The notes under the pieces were generated by a model that saw only the letters and a list, made by a program, of their open reading frames with translations, was not told the DNA's origin and did not search any database. Below, piece by piece: positions 39,060 through 51,029 of a stretch of 52,588 nucleotides of DNA. Origin of the DNA: Octopus bimaculoides (lineage: Eukaryota); contig NC_068983.1 of NCBI RefSeq assembly GCF_001194135.2, positions 142,348,419 to 142,401,006 on the forward strand. Direction: 5' to 3'. The position numbers and the translations under genes are program-made. How positions within the stretch are numbered: the stretch's first letter is position 1; each line of letters begins with the position of its first letter.

Positions 39060-40960
39060 TCAACATATGCACAAACAAAAACGAAAAATTCAGCAAAAAA
39101 GAATGGGCTGAGCTGAATAAATTAAAAGATGACGAAACAATAACAATCAAAGAGGATGATAAAGGGAGTGCAGTTGTCTTAATGAACACTGTATACTATA
39201 TAACTCTAGTACTATCCATATTAGAAGACGCAACTAACCCTAACCCTAACCCTAACCCAATACTACAGTCAGCAGAAAATAATGAGAGACCTAAAATCCA
39301 TGTTACACCTATACAGAGAAAGGCTCACTGACAATATGACAATATGACCAATTTTAAAAGTAAAACCAGTCAATTTTATGGTATTCCCAAGATACACAAA
39401 ACTGAGAAAATAAGTAGCGGATGCAGGATAGCCACATAATCAAAGTCTCTAATCCTAATGACCTCAAATTGACACCTATAATAGCAGGTCCCGCATGCGA
39501 AACCCACCGCCTCAGTAACTTTTTAGATACCCTCATAAAACCATTCCTCAAGTATGTCAAAAGCTACATAAGGGACGATATGCTCAATCACTTCCCTGAA
39601 ACAATAAACAAAAACACCCTACTAGTATCCTTCGATGTAGTCAACCTCTATTCCAATATCCCCCACAACCTAGGAATAGAGGCAATTCAATTCTGGCAAG
39701 AGAATCACGCCAACGAACTCCTACATCGCATCAAAAAAGAATTCGTGATAGAAGGGCTAAAATTTATCTTGGAGAATAATTACTTCGTCTTCAAAGACAA
39801 CTTCTATCGACAAAAATCGGGGACTGCGATAGGTACGAGAATTCCCCCTCCTTTGCTAATCTAGTCATGGAATATCTAGAAATTAGTCTTTATCGTAAGG
39901 TTCTAGAAAAATACTGCAGTCCAGCCAGCATCCTTCCACAACGAAAATAACTGGAAGAGATATCTGGATGACTGTCTCATTCTTTGACATGAAAGTATAG
40001 AGCGACTTAAAGAATTTCAAGCACTTATAAATGGACTTGATGTAAACATTCAATTCACGATGGAATATAGCAATCAACAACTTCCCTTCCTCGACATCCT
40101 CATTAAGAAATCTAACAACGCAATAGAAACAAATATATACTATAAACCCACGGACTCCAAACAATGTCTACCGTTCAACTCATGCCCCCCCCCAGACACA
40201 CCAGAATGAATAACCCCTTCAATCTAGCAAAAAGGATATGTACTATAGTTTCTAATGCAAGCACCAGGGACACACGACTACATGAACTAAAGGATACACT
40301 CATCACCAGGAATTACCCACCTTCACTAATTGACATATGCTTTCAACGTGCCCTACAACTCAACATCTACACACTCAGACATCCCAAATTAAAGAAGGAT
40401 TTACAATCAAAAGCCCTACCATACATCTCCACACACAACCCTCTTAACAATGAAGCCTTCGACACCATCCTTCAAAACATTCCCCTGCTAAAAAAAAGGA
40501 CCTCAGAATGAACTTAATCCTCCAAACACACACCATCATAAAAAGCAAGAAACATCCCAAATCTATGAAAAGTCTACCAACACACGTCCAAATACGCTCA
40601 ACAACAACACTGAAGCCGTCAGTAAAAATATGCGGAAGACCTATCTGTGGGATATGCATCAATTCAATTGAGGGATCAGAGTTCTCCTTCATACAGGGAC
40701 AACGTTTCACAGTGAAAAGCAGCTTCACATGTGCTTCGCAGAACCTGATATACATACTAACCTGCTCTGGGTGTCAAGAGCAATACATAGGCCAAACAAA
40801 AAGCAGTCTACGTCAAAAGATGGCTCTGCACAGATCCCAGATCAAAATTTAAAAAAAAAAAAACAGAAAATAGCATTCAACCAACACATCGACGTTTGCG
40901 CCAATAACAAAAATCCAAACTTCAGAATATGGCGACCATATTTCAGTGTAATAATCCATA
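39060..40960 (+). mobile_element. Decayed Penelope-like element (RT plus GIY-YIG endonuclease; Neptune-like Cys linker)
   Basis: Frameshifted fragments in the expected order: IKEDDKGSAVVLM, FYGIPKIHK, PIIAGPACETHRLS, LVSFDVVNLYSNIP, YRQKSGTAIGT, WKRYLDDC (YLDD 39961-39972), LPFLDILI, YYKPTD, CGRPICGIC (40631-40657), NLIYILTCSGCQEQYIGQT (40742-40798). Confidence 0.92.
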
Positions 40961-42433
40961 CGGCTAATAAGAAATGCCTTCCCACAGGAAAACTTTTGTA
41001 GAAGCAGCGTAAAGATGATTCTTCATGGACGAAAGCGATGCTGGGTGTCTATGTGCAAGTCACTTTTTTTCCTTATCTAAGACCATAATCAGCTTCCCTC
41101 TGTCGTTCCATGACTTCGTAGAAAGGCCTTATTTTATACTACACTGAGGCTAATTCTTTTGCAAATTTATAGAAAGTTTTGGAGTTTTTTTGTATACTTT
41201 CTACAGCCTTGGTTTCTCTTTCTACTCTCTTTCTTCCATGAATGTATCTACGCTCGTTGTCCTTGTCTAAGAATGTCTATTTAAGTGGGACTCTTCGCAG
41301 TCTTAAGTTTGCCTGTTTAAGGGATTTGAAGTTTCTATTTGTTGTCCGATGCGGACCAAATTACAGAAAATACTCTAAATATCATACAACTATATAAAAC
41401 CCATACAATAGATTTCATAGAATTAACATAACAGTGTGTAGAATTTTGTAAAAAGTTAATTCCGACAACTGAGCTGAATGTGGTGGAAGTGGGAGTAGAA
41501 GCAGGACTGGTAATTTTTCATTCTGAGTCAGAAGAGCTATGATTCTTGGGCCCCACACCCGCTCGTAGAAGTCTGAGGCAACTGAGGAGAGAATGGCAAG
41601 TAGGTTATCAATCTTGAGAACAGATTTAATAGCTGCAACCAAATTCCAGTTGTGAATGTTGCTTCCGTATAATGAGCTCCTTCAAGACTCTAAGATTCTG
41701 ATAATATCGTTCGACATAAGTTCCTGTTCGCAAATCTATGTACGAAATGCTGTTATCAAAGGAATGTCGCTTAACAGCATTTTGGGTTTCCTGGTCAATA
41801 AATCTTTGTCATCTTTACTATTTCTGCTTCTTTAATTAGAACTCCATCTGATATTTCTTCTTTCTGAAAACAGTTGACGTCCAGGGTCAACCTCTATGTT
41901 TCTGTACTATCCTGATGTCATCTTCAGTGGCATAAATACGCCTGCTCTCTGAAATTTGAAACGAAAATTCTTTGCTTCATCAAAATCCCATTCTACCTCC
42001 ACATTGTACAGAATTTGTTTTTTATTTTCACTTCAGGTCTTCTATAATATTGTAGACATGAGAATATAGTTCTTCATATTACTCAGATTTCTTTGTGTGT
42101 CGTTCCCTAAGGTTATCCTTTTCTATCACCACAAGAATTTCATTATACTGAGTATTTTTATTGCTAATTCCATGGCGATGTCTAAATCTTCATGATTCCA
42201 GTCATCAGCTTCGGAATTCGCGATGCCTATATGCGCAGCTAGCACGGCATCACCACTAAAAAGTTTGTGCACCAGAGGCCTTAGAACCAAAGGTTCGTCG
42301 ATAAATAATTCACTGAGCTACTTCATCTTCAAGATTTGTATCTTTTACAGCTCTTATAGGACCAGTCGCATTAACAGATAATGTTTTAGTATTAGATTTA
42401 GATTATCATATCGTATTTCGATGAAAGTACGAA

Positions 42434-42579
42434 CAAGCGTGGCTGTGTGGTTAGAAGACAGCTTCCCATATACATGCTTCCAGGTTCAGTTCCACTGCAT
42501 AACACCGTGGATGAGTGTTTTCTGCTCCGGGTAAACCAATACTTTGTGAGTGTTTGGTAGATGAAACTGAAAGACGGTC

Positions 42580-42665
<86 letters not shown>

Positions 42666-42720
42666 TTGTCCTTAAACCACTTGACAGCTGTTCGTCAAAA
42701 TAATTCGATAGAATAAGGTT
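42434..42720 (+). mobile_element. Degenerate family A SINE with expanded internal (TG)n
   Basis: GCGTGGCTGTGTGGTTAGAAG...GGTTCAGTTCCACTGC...TTTGTGAGTG..TTTGGTAGATGAAACTGAAAGA, (TG)n, then CTTGACAGC and GATAGAATAAG. Confidence 0.75.
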
Positions 42721-42947
42721 TCAGGCACATTTATGTGCTTTGACTACAGCATTAGAACATTTTAACTCTTATTTCTAGCAATATTGATGTTTCTAACATC
42801 CTAATCACACATACACAGAGGAATACAGGAACTGTACCATTTCTTTTCTCGAATCTTAGGACAGTAACAGCACAAAGAGGTGAGAGGATGATGCTGAGTG
42901 GAAGGCCACACTGCTGCTAAAAACTATAACACACACAGAAGCATGCA

Positions 42948-43054
<107 letters not shown>

Positions 43055-43258
43055 ACAAGGACACAAGCGCATGCGCACATAAGGATACACATCTTAGGAG
43101 AACAGAATAGAGTAAGTGGAACAAGAACACACACGGAAACGAAAAGTGACGCTGAAGAGGTCACAGAAGTGTGACTAAAGGTTTCCGGACAATGGACATG
43201 CGTTAAAATCATAAAATAAGAACAGTAATAAACGAGTGAAGAAAAAATATATATATAG

Positions 43259-43779
43259 GACTGGGAAGGCATAATTCATTACGAACTGCCAGAGCGCAAC
43301 CAAACACTCAATGCGGAGCTCTACGCTCAACAACTGCACCGACTCAACGAAGCGATTCAGCGAAAAAGACCGAATAGGTGAAATGGCGTTCTTCTGCAAC
43401 ACGCCGTTCTTCTGCCCGTCCTCACATCGTCAACATGACCAAAGCTGCGATTCAAGAACTCGAATGGGAAGTGCTGACTCATCCTCCATGCTCTCCAGAC
43501 TTGGCGCCGTCAGATTTTCATCTCTTTCGACCGCTTTCGAACGCTTTGCGAGATGTGTCGTTCAATAATGACATGGAATAGAGGGCTTGGTTGGACGAAG
43601 TCTTTCAGTCAAGACCGGAAGATTTCCATCGCCGAGGCATCGAAAAACTTATTGAACGATGGGAGGAAGGCGCAAACAACACCGGAGAGTATATAATGGA
43701 TTAGTTTATTGTAGTTTTTTTTTTTCTTTGTTTAAAATAAATTTTTTTAAATGCTCATGAATCGTTCCTGAATCCAATA
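43259..43779 (+). mobile_element. Mariner transposase C-terminal fragment and right end
   Basis: DWEGIIHYEL, LNAELYAQQL, ARPH, WEVLTHPPCSPDLAPSDFHLFRPLSN, GIEKLIERWE: the mariner YSPDLAPSD block with frameshifts and stops. Ends ...CCAATA followed by TA. Confidence 0.88.
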
Positions 43780-44376
43780 TACATAAATATATATATATAT
43801 ANNNNNNNNNNNNNNNNNNNNNNNNNNNNNNNNNNNNNNNNNNNNNNNNNNNNNNNNNNNNNNNNNNGTGTGTGTGTGTGTGTGCGTGTGTGTGTGTGCG
43901 CGCGCGTCTGTGTGAAGACTGAAGCATATGTTTCTGTCTGTGTTTCTGTGTTCAAATAGAACTCGATGCGCGGTGTAGTATGTCATAAGATTTCATGCGG
44001 TAACAGAGCAATTATCTAAAACCGTTGTCGCTGCACTTCCATGGGATCGGTACTATGTTGTACAATATGCGGTAGATGTAATTTCCGTAACATTTCCTCA
44101 GTGAAATTCGCATCTGTAAAAGAAGATAAGTTTGAAGGTAATAATCAAAATAAAATTGAATGAAATAGGGATAGATAAAAGAAAAAAAAAAGGTAAAAGA
44201 AAAAAAAAGGTATACGTAGACCAGGGTCAAGGAGAAATTCCTAGGGTAAGTGGGTTGGAACATATGCAGTTTAAATTTAAGTGCAGAAATATATAACATG
44301 TCACTCAAATTAATGGAGTGCAGCTTGAGTGAGAGAGAAAAGAGAGATGAGTTGATGTAGTATCTGTGGTTCATTG

Positions 44377-44788
44377 CTCTCTTTTACTCTCTTTTACTTG
44401 TTTCAGTCATCTGACTGCAGCCATGCTGGAGCACTGCCTTTAGTCGAGCAAATCAACCCTAGGACTTATTCTTTATAAGCCTAGTACTTATTCTATCATT
44501 CTCTTTTGCCGAACCGCTAAGTTATGGGGACGTAAACACACCAGCATCGGTTGTCAAGCGATGGTGGGGGACAAACTCAGACACACAAACACACATGCAT
44601 ATATATGTATATACATATATACGACGGGCTTCTTTCAGTTTCTGTCTACCAAATTCACTCACAAGGCTTTGGTCGGCCCGAGGCTATAGTAGAAGACACT
44701 TGCCCAAGGTGCCACACAGTGGGACTGAACCCGGAACCATGTGGTTGGTAAGCAAACTACTTACCACACAGCCACTCCTGCGCCTATA
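44377..44788 (-). mobile_element. Full-length family A SINE
   Basis: Reverse complement runs from the TAGGCGCAGGAGTGGCTGTGTGGTAAG head through B box, CORE-like block, internal microsatellite and the (AGTAAAAGAG)2 tail. Confidence 0.9.
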
Positions 44789-45285
44789 GTTCTAAGTTCT
44801 ACACTAATGTTCAGTTAGTTGCCCTGATGTACAGTGATAGTAATTACAAAAATTATAATGAAATTTTATTTCAAATGTAATTCATTTTTGAACCCAAGAG
44901 ACTGTTAGTATGGACGTTGTACGAGCCTATTACTGCAGAGGCCTCAGAGGCCGAAATATATGTATACAGTTGGAGGAGAATAAATCATTGGATTTTAGTA
45001 TTTATTTCACTATATAATTAATGTATGAAACTGAACACATGATTTTTGATTTTAAGAAATCAAAAATGTGTGTATAAGTTTAATTTAGGGAGCGAAAGCG
45101 AGACAGACAGACAGGCAGAGACAGAGTCGGCGAGAACTCTATACATTCTCGGTTTTTTCCTCTTATTCTGTATTACCCACCACCGATAAATGGTCAAAAT
45201 ATACCCAATTCTTTTCTCCTACTCCAATACAAACATAAGCACACGCAAGTGTGCTTATGTAACATATATAAATATACACACACAT

Positions 45286-45335
<50 letters not shown>

Positions 45336-46197
45336 TACTATATATATATATATATAAGTATATAGTTTTAGGGAAAAGAACCAAGGTTCATGAATTCATC
45401 GATGAAAATCCACGGTCACATATAGAAAAATTTATAATTAAATTATTAATTTTTCTNNNNNNNNNNNNNNNNNNNNNNNNNNNNNNNNNNNNNNNNNNNN
45501 NNNNNNNNNNNNNNNNNNNNNNNNNNNNNNNNNNNNNNNNNNNNNNNNNNNNNNNNNNNNNNNNNNNNNNNNNNNNNNNNNNNNNNNNNNNNNNNNNNNN
45601 NNNNNNNNNNNNNNNNNNNNNNNNNNNNNNNNNNNNNNNNNNNNNNNNNNNNNNNNNNNNNNNNNNNNNNNNNNNNNNNNNNNNNNNNNNNNNNNNNNNN
45701 NNNNNNNNNNNNNNNNNNNNNNNNNNNNNNNNNNNNNNNNNNNNNNNNNNNNNNNNNNNNNNNNNNNNNNNNNNNNNNNNNNNNNNNNNNNNNNNNNNNN
45801 NNNNNNNNNNNNNNNNNNNNNNNNNNNNNNNNNNNNNNNNNNNNNNNNNNNNNNNNNNNNNNNNNNNNNNNNNNNNNNNNNNNNNNNNNNNNNNNNNNNN
45901 NNNNNNNNNNNNNNNNNNNNNNNNNNNNNNNNNNNNNNNNNNNNNNNNNNNNNNNNNNNNNNNNNNNNNNNNNNNNNNNNNNNNNNNNNNNNNNNNNNNN
46001 NNNNNNNNNNNNNNNNNNNNNNNNNNNNNNNNNNNNNNNNNNNNNNNNNNNNNNNNNNNNNNNNNNNNNNNNNNNNNNNNNNNNNNNNNNNNNNNNNNNN
46101 NNNNNNNNNNNNNNNNNNNNNNNNNNNNNNNNNNNNNNNNNNNNNNNNNNNNNNNNNNNNNNNNNNNNNNNNNNNNNNNNNNNNNNNNNNNNNNNNN

Positions 46198-46241
<44 letters not shown>

Positions 46242-46824
46242 CAATATGGATATATTTCTACATTGTATATATGTATGTATGTGTGTGTGTGTGCGTGTGT
46301 GTGTGTGTGTGTGTATGTACACTCTTCTACGCTACAATGAACATTGACTAATAACCGTAAAACTAATTTATAAGAGTGTATGGTTTTCCGCTGAATCCGT
46401 GTTCAAAATGTTTAGTATTGCCCAGACAGGTAAATTGACATAAACTATCATGAGGTGTGTACCTAGGAGATCCAATGAAATTTCGTGTACCTGCCGAATG
46501 TTATATTTATACTTCCTATACACACTCCTGCAGCTTAGAGCATTTGGGGGTGGGGGACTGCTTTGTGGTACTTTCTTTCAGTTAAGTTAAACCGGACTTT
46601 TATTTACATAAAGCAGATAGCTTTACACAGGGTGTGGCACCAGTGACGCGTTGTGTAACATCAATACTTCAACTGATAGTTTGCTTTCGCCTTCCACAAT
46701 ATCGAGTAGCCCAACTATCTATATATTTCGCCTCAATGATTTGATACAACTGGTAGCCATATTCCTTCAAATACAAAGCCTATCGTTTTAAGTAAGAAAG
46801 CGATAAATTAGATAACGTAGTCAT

Positions 46825-47212
46825 GTTGTTGGCACTCCGTCGCTTACGACGTCGAGGGTTCCAGTTGATCCGATCAATGGAACAGCCTGCTCGTGAAATT
46901 AACGTACAAGTGGCTGAGCACTCCACAGACACGTGTACCCTTAACGTAGTTCTCGGGGATATTCAGCGTGACACAGAGTGTGATAAGGCTGACCCTTTGA
47001 AATACAGACATAACAGAAACAGGAAGTAAGCGTGAGAGAAAGTTGTGGTGAAAGAGTACAGTAGGGTTCGCCGCCATCCCCTGCCGGAGCCTCTTGGAAC
47101 TTTAGGTGTTTTCGCTCAATAAACACTCACAATGCCCGGTCTGGGAATCGAAACCGCGATCCTATGACCGCGAGTCCGCTGCCCTAACCACTGGGCCATT
47201 GCGCCTCCACAC
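46825..47212 (-). mobile_element. Full-length family C SINE with 11-bp TSD
   Basis: AACGTAGTCAT at 46814-46824 and 47213-47223. tRNA-like head nearly identical to the one at 36090. Confidence 0.92.
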
Positions 47213-49223
47213 AACGTAGTCATATATATATAACACTCAAACGACAGCATGTTCACGGGTGGAATTACTATGAGCTTAGGTCTTCTCGATCAAAGCTGGC
47301 CTTAAGCTAAACAACAACAATAACTATAACAGCCCCTCATTTTACAGTTTGAATATTTGATACTTACCAACGAGATTTAAACCTATTGTCAGCTTTGCTC
47401 GGAATTATACCTACTGCTTCCATGTTCCCCAGTAATCATACATGCATAAGAACTGTGCTACTATAGTAAATAAATACATAATAAAGCAGTACATTAATGC
47501 TTCCAAGTAACAGCTCTGTCACGCATGACTGAAAAGTCAGTAAAATAAGCAGCACACCTTGTTTTATTTAAAATGTTCTCACAACGAAAGGTTTATATTC
47601 AGATAATCTTACAGTTTGCCCTTTATTGTGGTTCAGCCCCAAATTAGCCCTATCTGATCAAGACTATGATCAAATACTTTTCAGCTATGACACCCTTTCT
47701 CGTTTCCAGGAATAATGTATCTACATTATTCAATGGGTCGTGCCTTTCTCTCTTTTTTTCTCTTTACGTTCTAAGTTCAAATTTCGCTATGGCCTACGTA
47801 TGTGGCAGACTTAATTTGTCGATTCAACACCATCATCTATCGCCTTAGGTTCCCTTAGCAGGGTCCACTCTATCGCAAATATTCGAGCGAGATTTTCAGT
47901 TTGTAGATACTTCATTCCCACCTCCTACCAGTCTCGGAGGTCTCGTAAGGGATCATGGGCACTGCCATCCCTCCTGCATAGAGGTTCAATATATGTATAT
48001 AACTTGATAAAATACAATGATGAAAAGCATATGCAGAAGAAAGATATCGATGAATTTACATACAACAAATCATACGGAAGTTCAATCGAGAAATCACTCA
48101 AATTTTCGGTATAAATATCTGACAATGAATAACACAATCATGAGTGGATTGAAGAAAGACTTTGTCGTGTGAAGAAGAAATTTGGGAAGCTGCAGAGCTT
48201 TAATAACCAAACATCCGTATGTCCTAGTTAATATTAAAATTACGCATCAAGATCTGGGATTTGGTGTCATCAAATGAACCACAATTAAAAGAGCTGATTG
48301 TCATCAAATTTAGTGGACAACCATATGAGTAAGTAGAGATAAAAACACATATACACACACATACACACATATATACATAGACACATATACACACATATAC
48401 ATAAAGATATATTCTTCTTCGTCTGAACTCAACTCGGACAGAGACTATGAACAATTGACATTCTGTAAACACGATCTATTTATTCATGTATATATATATA
48501 TATGCATGTATGTATGTATGTATAGAACTTCTTTTTGTGGTGGGGGTTCTTCCTCGCATTTCAAAGGACATTGTAAATAGTAAAGCTTGAACTGCGGGAA
48601 GTAATTAAGCGTTTACTAAATGGAAGACGTCACTTTTATTTCATTGCAAATCGGTCTCTGTATGCTCTGAGGTCGGTCGGAGGGTAGACAGTGAATGGGA
48701 GATACTCGTATGGCACCGGGCGTAAANNNNNNNNNNNNNNNNNNNNNNNNNNNNNNNNNNNNNNNNNNNNNNNNNNNNNNNNNNNNNNNNNNNNNNNNNN
48801 NNNNNNNNNNNNNNNNNNNNNNNNNNNNNNNNNNNNNNNNNNNNGTATATATATGAATGTATATATATATATATGCATGTATGTATGTATGTATAGAACT
48901 TCTTTTTGTGGTGGGGGTTCTTCCTCGCATTTCAAAGGACATTGTAAATAGTAAAGCTTGAACTGCGGGAAGTAATTAAGCGTTTACTAAATGGAAGACG
49001 TCACTTTTATTTCATTGCAAATCGGTCTCTGTATGCTCTGAGGTCGGTCGGAGGGTAGACAGTGAATGGGAGATACTCGTATGGCACCGGGCGTAAAATC
49101 TGTGAGTGACCGGGGGTGGGGACAAATTGGTAGAGATGGAAGGAAGTAAGTTAGGAAACAGAAAAGTCAAAAGGAAATAGATTACAATAGCGGAGGACTA
49201 ATTATTATTACTATTATTTCTCA

Positions 49224-49315
49224 CTGAAAATCGACTTCTCTTTTTATCCTTCCGGGCTTGATAAAGTAATTACCAGTCAAATACTGGGGACAATTTGATT
49301 GGCTGTAATTGACTA
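49224..49315 (+). mobile_element. Degenerate family B SINE fragment
   Basis: ATCGACTT...TTTTATCCTTCCGGG.TTGATAAAGTAATTACCAGTC..ATACTGGGG. Confidence 0.5.
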
Positions 49316-49339
49316 TACCCCATCTCAAACATACAGATG

Positions 49340-49378
49340 TTTGTTGTCGTATTGTTGTTGCTGCTGTTGTTGTTGTTG

Positions 49379-49436
<58 letters not shown>
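49340..49436. repeat. (GTT)n(ATT)n microsatellite; further (ATT)n at 50348-50364 and 50958-51028
   Basis: Directly visible trinucleotide arrays separating the R4-like elements. Confidence 0.97.
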
Positions 49437-50347
49437 TAATGTTATTTCCTCTTTACCACAGCTCTTGTTGGACCTCCTGGCGTCTTGCATGCGTAGCAGG
49501 CTAACTACCTGCAGCCTATGGTATCATCCTATTCGTTCTTTTCAGCTCTCTAACACTTTCCTGATTATTCTGGCCGTACCAAGGAGGAAATCCTTTTGTT
49601 ACAGTACTACTGGGCACTCTATTCCAATTTCCTTTATATTCCTCTTGATGCCTTCTGATACTGTTCCCAAGACCCAACAATAATTGGCACTATCTTCACT
49701 TTCTTCGTTTACCATACCCAGGCTATTTCGTACTTAGGAGGGTTGTATCTATCTTTTCGCTTTCTTTCTTGATGATTCGTAGGTCAAAAGCGCTTGCAAC
49801 ATCAACTATAAAGCATATGTGGCGCACCTTGTCCACCACCACTAGGTCCGGACTGTTATGCTCTAGCACCAAATCTGTTTGGAAATCCCAGAGGATTTTG
49901 CTAGTGTCCGACTCCGCCACTCTCTGCGGTTTGTGCTCATACTACGTCTTGTCTCTCTCTGGCCCCTACTTTTCGCAGTTTCCAATGTAGCACTTTCGCT
50001 ACCTGATTGTGTCGCCACAACTTGCAGTGAGTGGTTTGGGCAAGTCTGGACATTCGTTCGTGATATGCTCTTTATCATTTCTAGCGTATAATTTTAGGTC
50101 ATCCATATATAAAAGGTGGCTGATTGTTTTGCCGTAACATTTGCATCTACATCCAGTTCTATTTAGCAATTCAGTTAAAGGTGAGAGTGCCAAGCAGAAC
50201 AGGAGTGGAGAGAGCGTGTCTCCCTGGAATATTCCTCTTCTAATGGGGATGGCTTTCATTTTCACGAGTCCCTCTTTTGTTTGGAGCTGTAGCACTGTCT
50301 GCCATTTATTCATAGAGTGTCTTATGTATTTTATAATAATTGATGCC
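49437..50347 (-). mobile_element. R4/Dong-like non-LTR retrotransposon with restriction-like endonuclease; 5'-truncated and internally deleted (element 1)
   Basis: RT motifs GIFQGDTLSPLLF and HLLYMDDLKLYA are fused to HITNECP, then RHNQVAKVLHWKL, ILWDFQTD...HNSPDLVVVDK...VDV...KESEK, PIIVG.LG and GTARIIRKVL* (stop at 49542-49544). Flanked by (AAT)n on both sides. Confidence 0.85.
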
Positions 50348-50364
50348 TTATTATTATTATTATT

Positions 50365-50957
50365 GTTGTTCAGTAGTTTTATTTTTATAACGTGCTTTCA
50401 CTTCACTACCGAGCGTAGCTCTGTGTGCCTTGGGTATGTGCTGTGGTTTGCTGTGATGCTCTTATGGTTACTGTATTGAAAGTGTTTTGCGTAGGATGTG
50501 TGCAGAGCCCAGTAGTGCAATTTTCTGTATGTTATATATATTTGTAAGTCCTGGTGTTTTTGTTATGTATTTGTCTGAATATTTTAAAATTATACCTAAG
50601 GCACCTACTATGATAGGAATTGTTTCTGTTTTTATATTCCACATTCGAGTTACCTCTATTTCCAGGTCTTTGTATTTTGAAAGTTTCTCTATTTCTTTTA
50701 GGGAAACGTTGTCATCTGCTGGTATTGATACATCAATTAGAAAGCATTCTTTTCCTTCATGATCTTTAACAACTATAGCTGGTCTATTGGCCTTAATTTC
50801 TCTATATGTGTGTATTGGCATATCCAAGAGTATGGTTGCTTTCTCGTTTTCTGTGACGACCTTTTCTGGCGTATGTTTATACCATCTTTAGCTTTCTCGT
50901 TTTCTGTGACCTCTTCTGGCGTGTGTTTATACCATCTTTTGTGTTTATACCATCTTT
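50365..50957 (-). mobile_element. Second, divergent R4/Dong-like element, RLE domain plus 3' UTR only (element 2)
   Basis: WYKHTPEKVVTENEKATILLDMPIHTYREIKANRPAIVVKD...LIDVSIPADDNVSLKEIEKLSKYKDLEIEVTRMW...IPIIVGALG...LLGSAHILRKTL* (ORF 50468-50827). Bounded by (AAT)n arrays. Confidence 0.85.
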
Positions 50958-50973
50958 ATTATTATTATTATTA

Positions 50974-51029
<56 letters not shown>

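Noticed and set aside
47990-48330. Short coding-like stretch
   Set aside because: Multiple stops in all frames and no recognisable motif.
48486-49097. Exact 241-bp direct repeat (48486-48726 and 48857-49097)
   Set aside because: The copies flank an N-gap, appear identical and start at a microsatellite: typical unmerged contig overlap or haplotype artefact, not a biological duplication.
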